The notes under the pieces: model-generated
Told to the model about the DNA's origin: nothing
Database searches by the model: none
What the model saw: the letters and a program-made list of their open reading frames with translations, nothing else
NCBI GenBank assembly: GCA_030698385.1
Contig: JAUYLZ010000018.1
Span: 42,744-106,743 of the forward strand
Origin: a bacterium
GTDB taxonomy: Bacteria; Patescibacteriota; Patescibacteriia; Patescibacteriales; XYC2-FULL-47-12
DNA: 64,000 nucleotides
Direction: 5' to 3'
Position numbers and translations under genes: made by a program
Part shown: piece after piece, positions 45,657-53,571 of the stretch
Layout of the letters: each line of letters starts with the position of its first letter
Numbering within the stretch: position 1 is the stretch's first letter

Positions 45657-46171
45657 ATCGCACGCTGTTGCTGTAGTATTTTTACCTGTTTTTCCAATTC
45701 TTGGTACTTTTGTTTTAATTCCTGAACATCACTATTCATTGCCGCCACATCCTCAGATTCCATTCTCATAATACGATCAATTTTTGCCTCAACGCGCGCC
45801 AAATCATTCCGAAATGTTTCCATTTCTGTATGAATCATGCTCAATTCATGTTTAACAAAAACCATGTCCTGCTTTAAACCAGAAACATCTTCTTTCAAAC
45901 CAGAAACATCTTCTTTCAAACCAGAAACATCTTCTTTCAAACCAGAAACATCTTCTTTCAAGCCAGAAACATCTTCTTTCAAACCAGAAACATCTTCTTT
46001 CAAACCAGAAACATCTTCTTTCAAACCAGAAACATCTTCTTTCAAACCAGAAACATCCTGCTTTAAAACACCAATATCTTTTTTAATTGGCTCAAGCGCA
46101 ACATCAAGCGCCGCCTCAATACTGACGTCAATTACTTCTTTGATTGATTGTAGATCACTTTTATCTAACAT
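45653..46171 (-). CDS. coiled-coil protein with DVSGLK[EQ] heptad array
   Basis: 172 aa, nine consecutive 7-aa units, helical flanks. Confidence 0.6.
   Translation of the reverse strand: MLDKSDLQSIKEVIDVSIEAALDVALEPIKKDIGVLKQDVSGLKEDVSGLKEDVSGLKEDVSGLKEDVSGLKEDVSGLKEDVSGLKEDVSGLKEDVSGLKQDMVFVKHELSMIHTEMETFRNDLARVEAKIDRIMRMESEDVAAMNSDVQELKQKYQELEKQVKILQQQRAI
45876..46064. repeat. 21-bp tandem repeat, about 9 units
   Basis: AAACCAGAAACATCTTCTTTC repeated head to tail. One unit has AAG for AAA; the last has ..CATCCTGCTTT. Confidence 0.9.
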
Positions 46172-46288
46172 AAAATATTAATTTACTTTAACTGTATGTT
46201 ATCACTTTCTTATATAAAAAACAAGAGCCGTTCCAAAAACGAAACGGCTCGAAAAACCATAAAGAACAAATAAAAAATAATGCGCTGT

Positions 46289-46636
46289 TTAAAATGTTGC
46301 TACCGGCTGTGTATTATGTATTTGCGGAAGGTCACGCCGTTCCACCTGAAATTCAGGCGGAAACACAACTTGTAAACTCTGACAAAGATGATTGCCTGAT
46401 TTATTTTCAACTGGATAACAATCACCCCAATTAACTGGACCATTCCTTGAAGCGCAAAGAAACCACTTATATTCTCGCCACGCCTTTGCATTCTGACGAT
46501 GCAAATTTTCCCAAAAGGCTCTAATCCCACCCATATCTGCTGATACCGTCATTAGTACCGCGTTAATTGGATGTTCCTTGTTACTTTGAAAAAGCGCGAA
46601 AAGACCCACATTTTTGGCACTCCCTGAATCATGCAT
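46289..46636 (-). CDS. hypothetical 115-aa protein
   Basis: Start moved to MHDSGSAKN (AGAGGTGG, then 3 nt, then ATG). Followed by terminator GAGCCGTT..AACGGCTC plus a U run. Confidence 0.4.
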   Translation of the reverse strand: MHDSGSAKNVGLFALFQSNKEHPINAVLMTVSADMGGIRAFWENLHRQNAKAWREYKWFLCASRNGPVNWGDCYPVENKSGNHLCQSLQVVFPPEFQVERRDLPQIHNTQPVATF

Positions 46637-46710
46637 AATCCACCTCTTTCTTATTTTTTTTAAGCACACACTTTTGCAAGTTGCGGCTCCTCTGTCTAAA
46701 TAAGACAACT

Positions 46711-46901
46711 AAAAAAGTCCCGCCGGGGCGGAACTTTTCTCTGTTGAATTATTTATGCTTTTATATATGAGAAAAACTTCCACCCCCAGGCTGGCTAATA
46801 ATAATACTAATAATACTTGCCCCGCCTTTATGGCTGGGGATTGTTTTGCGGAAATTTTTCATAGTTACTTATTATATTATCATAATAAAAATGTTTGTCA
46901 A
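46711..46901 (-). promoter_or_regulatory. Ile-type leader-peptide transcription attenuator
   Basis: TTGACA-16-TAATAT, with the AUG 11 nt after the -10. Antiterminator GGGGTGGAAgTTTT (CDS, plus 46773-46786) pairs with AAAAgTTCCGCCCC. Terminator GTTCCGC(C)cc(G)GCGGGAC plus U6 (46711-46734). Confidence 0.55.
46761..46862 (-). CDS. Ile-rich leader peptide (33 aa)
   Basis: MKNFRKTIPSHKGGASIISIIISQPGGGSFSHI*. Five ATT codons within six positions. Not in the track. Confidence 0.5.
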   Translation of the reverse strand: MKNFRKTIPSHKGGASIISIIISQPGGGSFSHI

Positions 46902-47003
46902 TTTTGGCAATTTTGCGATTTGACTTAAATCATTAAATATTTTAGTATTAAAAAGCAATAAAAAATCTCAAGCAGAGGTGAAAAATGGAATCATTCAAAA
47001 AAT

Positions 47004-47783
47004 ATGTTTATAACTATTATCAATGACTGCCAAGACGATAACGCGCGCGCTCGACAATTAACCCGCGTTTCAACATTATTTAAGGTTCCGGCCAATTTTG
47101 TCAGTGTCAAAAATGACCTGGAAGCGGCCGGAAATATTATTGACATTCTGGATGCGTCGCAGAAAAAAACCGGCGCAGTCTTGGTAAATGTCGCACCGCG
47201 CAACGGCTCTGCCAAACACTGGAAAAACGGTACGCCTTTCGCTTATTTTTATTATGGCAAAACTTTGGCGCTCGCCTCGGTTGACGGCCTTACTCTGTCG
47301 TTGGTTAAAAAATTAAAACTGACCAAATTCGTAAATATCCTAGATCTGGAAAAAAGTGTAAAGCTCATGGAAAAAAAAAAGAAACTATCAACATCTGAGG
47401 TTGGTAAAATTATCAATACGCAATTCCGCAGTTTTGAATTCCTGCCACGCGCGGCCAGCTGGCTCACACAGGGTTATAAATTGCCTTTTGAAAAAATTAG
47501 TATTGAAAAAATTTCTGACGCGCCAAATGCCATTTGGTGGATTGATAACTTCGGCAACTGCAAAACAACTGTCTTAAGCGCCGAATTAGCAGAAATAAAA
47601 CTTATAAAAAAACTGCAAAAACTTCCCTGCTATCCACGGCTTAAAGATTTGCCGGATAACAAAACCGGTTTAATCGCGGGCAGTTCCGGCATTAATAATA
47701 ACCGCTTTGTTGAAATAATGACTCAAGGCGACAGTACGGCCAAGAAGTTAAAACTAAAGAGTGGTGAAGTTATCGCAAAATAA
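47004..47783 (+). CDS. divergent DUF62 / SAM hydroxide adenosyltransferase-like protein
   Basis: From my recall of archaeal DUF62 sequences, WWIDNFGNCKTTV matches IYIDDFGNVILNL. Likewise NRFVEIMTQGDSTAKKLKLKSGEVI matches [23 protein letters not shown]. The N-terminal TDFG motif is replaced by NDCQ. Confidence 0.5.
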   Translation: MFITIINDCQDDNARARQLTRVSTLFKVPANFVSVKNDLEAAGNIIDILDASQKKTGAVLVNVAPRNGSAKHWKNGTPFAYFYYGKTLALASVDGLTLSLVKKLKLTKFVNILDLEKSVKLMEKKKKLSTSEVGKIINTQFRSFEFLPRAASWLTQGYKLPFEKISIEKISDAPNAIWWIDNFGNCKTTVLSAELAEIKLIKKLQKLPCYPRLKDLPDNKTGLIAGSSGINNNRFVEIMTQGDSTAKKLKLKSGEVIAK

Positions 47784-47839
47784 AAGAGCTAATCATTTGA
47801 CTAGCTCTAAAAAGAACGAAACTAAACCGCGCTAAATTT

Positions 47840-48154
47840 TTAATTGGTGATCTGCTTTAGCTGATCAGCCGACATTTTTTCACAAATTTCTTTAGCCAGA
47901 ATAATATCAACTGGACCGCCATTTAAATTTAATGACTGGATTGCCTTTTTTACTGTTATAAAAACAACTTCCTCTTCTCTTGGGTGATAGTCGGCGAACG
48001 TATAAAGCAACTTCCTGTCTCCGGTCACAACCATTTTAATGCCCGCTTTGTAGCAATAATTAGATTTGTTAACCGGAAAACCTTTTCGAACTCTAGCTTG
48101 CGGTCTAAACTGTGTTACTCCATCATCAAACATGATTTCAATTTTCATCATCAT
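47840..48154 (-). CDS. hypothetical 104-aa protein
   Basis: Track ORF. GGAG lies upstream. Immediately follows the 56-aa ORF. Confidence 0.4.
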   Translation of the reverse strand: MMMKIEIMFDDGVTQFRPQARVRKGFPVNKSNYCYKAGIKMVVTGDRKLLYTFADYHPREEEVVFITVKKAIQSLNLNGGPVDIILAKEICEKMSADQLKQITN

Positions 48155-48169
48155 CTTTCTCCTTTTTTT

Positions 48170-48340
48170 TTAAAATCTAACGGTAGCGACATTTTCTTGC
48201 AATCTTCGTAAATGATAGCCCAACTTTCTTTGTTCGTAACTATCTTTCTTATTCAATCTTTCAAGCTTGTGTTTAATCTGAAAAATCTGTCGACTGCATT
48301 CCTCAACTTTTACTACTACTGACGGTGTCACTTCGCGCAT
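48170..48340 (-). CDS. hypothetical 56-aa protein
   Basis: Not in the track. AGGAGG, then 7 nt, then ATG: MREVTPSVVVKVEECSRQIFQIKHKLERLNKKDSYEQRKLGYHLRRLQENVATVRF*. Confidence 0.4.
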   Translation of the reverse strand: MREVTPSVVVKVEECSRQIFQIKHKLERLNKKDSYEQRKLGYHLRRLQENVATVRF

Positions 48341-48364
48341 GGTACTTCCTCCTTGATAAATTTT

Positions 48365-48566
48365 AAAAGATCAAACTAAAGAGGCCACCCTTTTGGATGG
48401 CCTCAATTTTTATTTTGCTAATATATTAAAACGATAAATGCCATCCAAAAAATGCCGAAGCAATAACTGCTACGACGACTGCGAGTACTACTGCTAAAAC
48501 AGCGTTAATTTTTTGGATAGCTAAACTCATATTTATATATTTTAGCTGATACTAAAATTTTGTCAA
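48365..48566 (-). promoter_or_regulatory. Val/Ala-type leader-peptide transcription attenuator
   Basis: TTGACA-16-TAAAAT, with the AUG 8 nt after the -10. Antiterminator TTTTGGATGGC (CDS, plus 48440-48450) pairs with GCCATCCAAAA. Terminator GAGGCCATCCaaaaGGGTGGCCTC (48381-48404) followed by UUUAGUUUG. Confidence 0.6.
48426..48530 (-). CDS. Val/Ala-rich leader peptide (34 aa)
   Basis: MSLAIQKINAVLAVVLAVVVAVIASAFFGWHLSF*. Seven Val and seven Ala. Not in the track. Confidence 0.5.
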   Translation of the reverse strand: MSLAIQKINAVLAVVLAVVVAVIASAFFGWHLSF

Positions 48567-48608
48567 CTCCGCGCTAAAACTTGTTAGGTTTCAAGCAACT
48601 TTTTTTAC

Positions 48609-48731
48609 CTATTCATCTTTATCATCATTTTCTTTTGTTATAAAAATTTTGGCTAAAACTACAGCGATACCGGCAATTAAGGCGGCGATTAAAACAATCG
48701 GTTTATTAATTGTTTTGATAACTTTTTTCAT
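48609..48731 (-). CDS. 40-aa single-TM peptide coupled to ndk
   Basis: MKKVIKTINKPIVLIAALIAGIAVVLAKIFITKENDDKDE*. The ATG lies 2 nt after the ndk stop. The N-terminus resembles the four leader peptides, but there is no terminator or alternative hairpin. Confidence 0.4.
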   Translation of the reverse strand: MKKVIKTINKPIVLIAALIAGIAVVLAKIFITKENDDKDE

Positions 48732-48733
48732 AT

Positions 48734-49351
48734 TTATTCATTTAGTAACGCTTGCTTATTTTCCCATTTTTTGTCATACACCACCTCATCATAGGGAAGC
48801 GTATAATTGTGCAGTTCATTTTGGTCAAACCAGATTTCAATTTCATGCTTGGCTTCTTCCACTGTGCCAGAGGCGTGGATTAAATTTCTGATACTGCGGT
48901 CATCACTGTCGCTCATGCCGTAAGAATCAACTGAATAGTCGCCGCGAATCGTCCCCGGTGTTGCCGAGAGCGGATCAGTCGCTCCAACAAGCTTACGCAC
49001 AACTTCAACCACATGCGCGCCCTGCAATACAAACGCCACAACCGGGCCAGCTGATAAATACTTTAACAAATTCTCCTGCACATGCTGACCGATTTCAAGC
49101 GCAGTTTTATCAACTTTTATGCCTTTTTTTTCATATCCTTTTAACGCTTTATTGCCAACCGTTTCAAGCCAGGCCGTATTGCTTGGATCATAATGAGTAT
49201 TGATAATTGAACTGTCCGGCCAAACCATCTTCATAGCTTTTATCTTTAAACCTACGCGTTCAAAACGATGCAGAATTTCGCCGACCAAGCCGCGCTGAAC
49301 GCCGTCCCCTTTGACTAAAACTAATGTCATTTCTTCTTTTGGATGTGTCAT
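48734..49351 (-). CDS. ndk: nucleoside-diphosphate kinase (extended form)
   Basis: LVLVKGDGVQRGLVGEILHRFERVGLKI, with the active-site region NLIHASG. 205 aa. Confidence 0.85.
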   Translation of the reverse strand: MTHPKEEMTLVLVKGDGVQRGLVGEILHRFERVGLKIKAMKMVWPDSSIINTHYDPSNTAWLETVGNKALKGYEKKGIKVDKTALEIGQHVQENLLKYLSAGPVVAFVLQGAHVVEVVRKLVGATDPLSATPGTIRGDYSVDSYGMSDSDDRSIRNLIHASGTVEEAKHEIEIWFDQNELHNYTLPYDEVVYDKKWENKQALLNE

Positions 49352-49428
49352 AAATATTTTTACCCCTTACTTTCTTCCTTCCCGGTCTCGCCATGGCGAG
49401 CTTAATTAGGAGGTGTCCAGATGAGGGT

Positions 49429-49842
49429 CTATTTAATATATTTTTTAATTTTTTCACTAACTTGCATTGGAGTTAAGTTTGATTTGACCAAATAATCCTT
49501 GGCGCCGAGTTTCTTGCCTCGCTCTCTATCCTCTTCCTGCGCCAGATTTGTCAGCATTATCACTGGTATCTTGTCTGTCGCTGACTCTGCCTTTAGCTGT
49601 TCAAGTACCGCGAAACCATCCACTTGCGGCATCATAACGTCTAATAAAACCAAATCAGGTATTTCTTTTTGCGCGATTTTCAAACCATCTTCACCGTTAA
49701 CAGCGGTAAAAACACTATAACCGTCATTGGTCAGACTAGTTTTATACATATTCAAAATTGAGTTGTCATCTTCAATTACTAGAATATTTTTTCCCTTGCC
49801 GATATTTTTTTCTTTCATTTTTACCTCTTTTTTTACTGTCAT
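49429..49842 (-). CDS. single-domain response regulator (receiver)
   Basis: ILVIEDD...DLVLLDVMMPQVDG. Confidence 0.8.
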   Translation of the reverse strand: MTVKKEVKMKEKNIGKGKNILVIEDDNSILNMYKTSLTNDGYSVFTAVNGEDGLKIAQKEIPDLVLLDVMMPQVDGFAVLEQLKAESATDKIPVIMLTNLAQEEDRERGKKLGAKDYLVKSNLTPMQVSEKIKKYIK

Positions 49843-49925
49843 AAAAAAATTTATTAACCTAAAAATGCCCCAATCTAACGCGTGGAAAACTACTTTTAGT
49901 ATAACAAAATATGGTAAAAAGGCAA

Positions 49926-52025
49926 CTACCCTGCCAGCCAGTTCGCATTTCTATCAACGCGCTGGTTCAATAAAGCATGCTTGTCAATTCCGTCTTCTAA
50001 AATCAAATTGGCCGCTGCTTGCGTCTGGCGCAATAAATCTAAATCGCCAAAAGTCGCTATTTTAAAAATTGGAAAACCTTTCTGCGCCGTGCCATAAACA
50101 ACGCCGGGGCCGCGCATTTTCAGGTCTGCTTGAGCAAGCGCGAAACCGTCATTGCTTTTTGTGAATACATTCAAACGACGCCGGGAAATTTCGTTTACGG
50201 ATTCGGTAAAAAGCAGACAATATGATTGGTGCGAACTCCTCCCTACTCGTCCGCGGAACTGATGCAGTTGCGCCAGTCCGAACCTTTCGGCGCCTTCGAT
50301 TATCATTAGCGTAGCGTTTGGCGCATCCACGCCCACCTCAATAACCGAGGTTGACACTAATATATTTATTTCATTTTTCAAAAAACTCTCCATGATTTTA
50401 TCCTTTTCATTTGATTTTACGCGTCCATGAAGAAAGGCTATTTTTAAATCCGGAAAAATTTCTTCATTTAATTTTTTAAATTCTTTTTCAACAGATTTCA
50501 CTCCCAGTTTGTCAGATTCAGAAATAAGCGGGCAGACCACAAACGCCTGCCGGCCGTTTTTTATTTCTTGGCTGATAAAATCGTATGACGCTATTCTTTT
50601 GTTTTCCGGCACCAAAAACGTTTTGATTTCTTTTCTGCCCGCCGGCAATTCATCAATAATTGATAAATCTAAATCGCCATAAACCGCCTGCGCCAGACTG
50701 CGCGGTATCGGGGTCGCGGTCATTGACAGAAGATGCGGCATAATATTGGTGTTGCCGGTCTCGCTGGAGTTTCGGCGAAACTGGCCGCTTTGCTTCCGCA
50801 GAGCTTTGCGCTGTTCCACGCCAAAGCGATGTTGTTCGTCAATTATTGCCAGCGCCAGATTTTTAAACTCAATATTTTTCTGGATCATCGCGTGCGTTCC
50901 AACGATAATATCAATTTTCCCATCTTCAATCAGTTTAAGAAATTCTTTTTTGCTCTTCGCTATTTGCTCTTCGCTATTCACTTTTTGCTGAATGCTCGTT
51001 AATAAACCAACCGTAATTTCAGTGTTTTTAAAAAGACCGCGCAAAGTACTGTAGTGCTGACTAGCCAAAATCTCGGTCGGAACTAAAAGCGCGGATTGCT
51101 TTTTGTTCAGCGCGACGTTGAGCATAGCGAGCGCGGCCGTTACGGTTTTACCGCTGCCAACATCTCCTTCAAGCAAGCGCGACATCGGTTTTTCCGATTG
51201 TAAATCATTAATTATTTCCCAAGCCGCTTTTTTTTGCGCGCCGGTTAACTGAAACTTTAATGAACTAACAAACTCTTTTGTTTCTTTTTCTTTAAATTCA
51301 ATTAGCTCTGATTTTTGGCTTTTTATCTTTAGCTTCTGAAGCTGAGTGGCCAGTTGGATAAATAAAAGTTCTTCAAACTGCAAGCGCCGCCGGGCTTGGT
51401 TTAACAAATCTTTACTTTCTGGAAAATGAATATTTTTTAACGCCAAATCAATATCGCAAAGATCGTACTTTCTTCTGATAAACTTCGGCACCACATCTTC
51501 AAGGTGCTCGGCAATACTAACCACTGACTTGATCAAAAAACGCAGCTGCTTATTCGTCAGGTTTCCCGTCAGCGGATAAACCGGCACCAATCCTTTGGTA
51601 TGTGTAGCGCCGGAATTAGAAATTTTTTCATATTCAGGTGAAGTCATCTGCAGACCGGCGTAATCAGTCTTTACTGTGCCGGACAGAGATACTGTGTCGC
51701 CAATTTGTAAACTCCGGCCAATAAAGGGCTGATTGAACCAGACTATTTTTAGCTGGCCGGTCTCGTCATTTATAAGCGCTTCAGTAATATTCATTCGCTG
51801 GCGCGGGCTTCTTTTGTTCTGGATAAACTCAAGCGTTCCCTGCACATTAATATTCATGCCCGGCCGCAAATTAGCAATTTTTTCCGATTGGCTGAAATCA
51901 TCATAGCGGCTTGGATAATGTGAGAGCAAATCCTGCACAGTCAAAATACCGAGCTTTTTTAATTTTCCGGCCGTAGCTTTGCCTACTTTATTGATTTGTT
52001 CAACTGGCGTATCAAGGTTTAACAT
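49926..52025 (-). CDS. recG: ATP-dependent DNA helicase RecG
   Basis: 699 aa with an N-terminal wedge/OB region, GDVGSGKT and DEQHRFG. Confidence 0.9.
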   Translation of the reverse strand: MLNLDTPVEQINKVGKATAGKLKKLGILTVQDLLSHYPSRYDDFSQSEKIANLRPGMNINVQGTLEFIQNKRSPRQRMNITEALINDETGQLKIVWFNQPFIGRSLQIGDTVSLSGTVKTDYAGLQMTSPEYEKISNSGATHTKGLVPVYPLTGNLTNKQLRFLIKSVVSIAEHLEDVVPKFIRRKYDLCDIDLALKNIHFPESKDLLNQARRRLQFEELLFIQLATQLQKLKIKSQKSELIEFKEKETKEFVSSLKFQLTGAQKKAAWEIINDLQSEKPMSRLLEGDVGSGKTVTAALAMLNVALNKKQSALLVPTEILASQHYSTLRGLFKNTEITVGLLTSIQQKVNSEEQIAKSKKEFLKLIEDGKIDIIVGTHAMIQKNIEFKNLALAIIDEQHRFGVEQRKALRKQSGQFRRNSSETGNTNIMPHLLSMTATPIPRSLAQAVYGDLDLSIIDELPAGRKEIKTFLVPENKRIASYDFISQEIKNGRQAFVVCPLISESDKLGVKSVEKEFKKLNEEIFPDLKIAFLHGRVKSNEKDKIMESFLKNEINILVSTSVIEVGVDAPNATLMIIEGAERFGLAQLHQFRGRVGRSSHQSYCLLFTESVNEISRRRLNVFTKSNDGFALAQADLKMRGPGVVYGTAQKGFPIFKIATFGDLDLLRQTQAAANLILEDGIDKHALLNQRVDRNANWLAG

Positions 52026-52161
52026 GACCCTATTTTAACACAAAAATAAAAACCGGCAACGCGTTAACGCTGCCGGTCAATAAAATAAGTCGTCCGCGCA
52101 TTGGACAACAAACATTCGGCTGAAGCTCAATATTTTACCAAAATTACAATACTACCTGCGG

Positions 52162-52767
52162 CTATTTCGCTTGCTGATACAGCTCGCTCACTTTTTCCCA
52201 GTTGATAATATTAAAAAACGCCTCAATGTACTCCGAACGGCGGTTCTGATACTTCAGGTAGTAGGCGTGTTCCCAAACATCAATCCCCAAAATCGGCGTC
52301 ATTCCCTCAGACAAGGGCGAATCTTGGTTGGCAGTGCCCATCACCGCCAGCTGTCCGTTATTGACTACCAGCCAGGCCCAGCCGCTGCCAAAACGCGCCG
52401 AGGCCTCCGCGCCGAACTTTGCCTTGAACTGCGTCATGTCGCCGAAGGCATCATTAATCGCTTTAGCGAGTTCTGCTTCGGGCTGGCCGGAATTTTTGCT
52501 TAATAACGTCCAAAATAACGAATGATTGTAATGTCCGCCGCCGTGATTTTGCACGGCCAAACGGCTTGATTCCGGAATGGTTTTTAAACTTTTTAAAAGT
52601 TCCTCCAAACTTTTGTCTTTGAAGTCTGGTAAATTTTCCAGCACGGCATTGAGCTTGTCAATGTAGGCCTGATGATGCTTAGCGTGATGAATCTCCATGG
52701 TTTGAGCATCAATATAAGGCTCCAGAGCGTCATAGCCGTAGGGCAACTTGGGCAAAACATGATTCAT
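52162..52767 (-). CDS. sodA: Fe/Mn superoxide dismutase
   Basis: [31 protein letters not shown] and DVWEHAYY. Start moved to [10 protein letters not shown]. Confidence 0.85.
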   Translation of the reverse strand: MNHVLPKLPYGYDALEPYIDAQTMEIHHAKHHQAYIDKLNAVLENLPDFKDKSLEELLKSLKTIPESSRLAVQNHGGGHYNHSLFWTLLSKNSGQPEAELAKAINDAFGDMTQFKAKFGAEASARFGSGWAWLVVNNGQLAVMGTANQDSPLSEGMTPILGIDVWEHAYYLKYQNRRSEYIEAFFNIINWEKVSELYQQAK

Positions 52768-52822
52768 ATGGTTTAAAATTAGTAATTTATTTTGCAATCT
52801 GCATTTTGCATTTTAAAATTAA

Positions 52823-53527
52823 TTAATATCCGGTAAAAAGTTCTGTTCTAATATTTTCCTGATCAATGCCGCAATTATTGAGCATATAATTCACCTCCAT
52901 CACCATTTCCGGCAAACCGACAATATAATAAATTGGTTTTTTTATGTCAGTTATGTATTTTTTCAACATCGCTTCGCTAAGGTGTTCTTTTTCGCCGGAC
53001 CAGTTTTTCTCGCGGGTAATTATCGGAATAAATTGAAAATTATCATGTTTAATATTTTTTAATTCTGTCAAAAAAGAAGCATCATCAATTTTTTTACTGC
53101 TATAAAACAGCGTTATTTTTCGCGGCCAATTATGAAACTGGTTTTCCAAAATCAGACCGCGAAACGGCGCGATGCCAATGCCGCCGGCGATAAATACCGC
53201 GGGTTCATCACCGTCATGACAGACAAAATGTCCGATCGGGCCGCGCAGTTCAATTTCTTCGCCCAGCGGCAGGTCTTTTAGAGTTTGCTTAAAAAGCGAG
53301 GGGCCCAGACGCATAGCGATAATCAAAACATCTTCGTTCGGCGCGGTCGCAAACGACATTGAGCGCATGCATTCGGCCGGTCCTTCTTTTATTAAAGAAG
53401 GCACTATCATTGAAACGTACTGACCGGCTGCGTATTTGAAATTAGCCGGTTTTTCCATTACAAAAGCGATCGTATCGCGCGCCACGTTTCTTTTTTCAAG
53501 CAATCTCACTTTGTGAGTTTCGAGCAT
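52823..53527 (-). CDS. FNR-like FAD/NAD(P)-binding oxidoreductase
   Basis: RSMSFA (RxYS-like), GGIGIAPF, 234 aa. Confidence 0.6.
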   Translation of the reverse strand: MLETHKVRLLEKRNVARDTIAFVMEKPANFKYAAGQYVSMIVPSLIKEGPAECMRSMSFATAPNEDVLIIAMRLGPSLFKQTLKDLPLGEEIELRGPIGHFVCHDGDEPAVFIAGGIGIAPFRGLILENQFHNWPRKITLFYSSKKIDDASFLTELKNIKHDNFQFIPIITREKNWSGEKEHLSEAMLKKYITDIKKPIYYIVGLPEMVMEVNYMLNNCGIDQENIRTELFTGY

Positions 53528-53571
53528 ATCAAACTATTAGTACTCTAATTATAGTATATATTAAAATCGCG

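Noticed and set aside
46985-47026. 13-codon upstream ORF (MESFKKYVYNYYQ*, after GAGGTG) overlapping the start of the DUF62-like gene, as a regulatory uORF.
   Set aside because: There is a single instance with no associated structure. It could be chance in A+T-rich sequence. It is worth a glance only if expression data exist.
42494-48731. The five small hydrophobic peptides as type I toxins, bacteriocin or pheromone precursors, or a membrane micro-protein family.
   Set aside because: Not excluded. It is disfavoured for four of them for three reasons. Each is dominated by a different single amino acid. Two match the downstream biosynthetic genes. Each ORF contains a segment exactly complementary to its own terminator. 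The fifth (48609..48731) lacks these features and may well be a plain membrane peptide.
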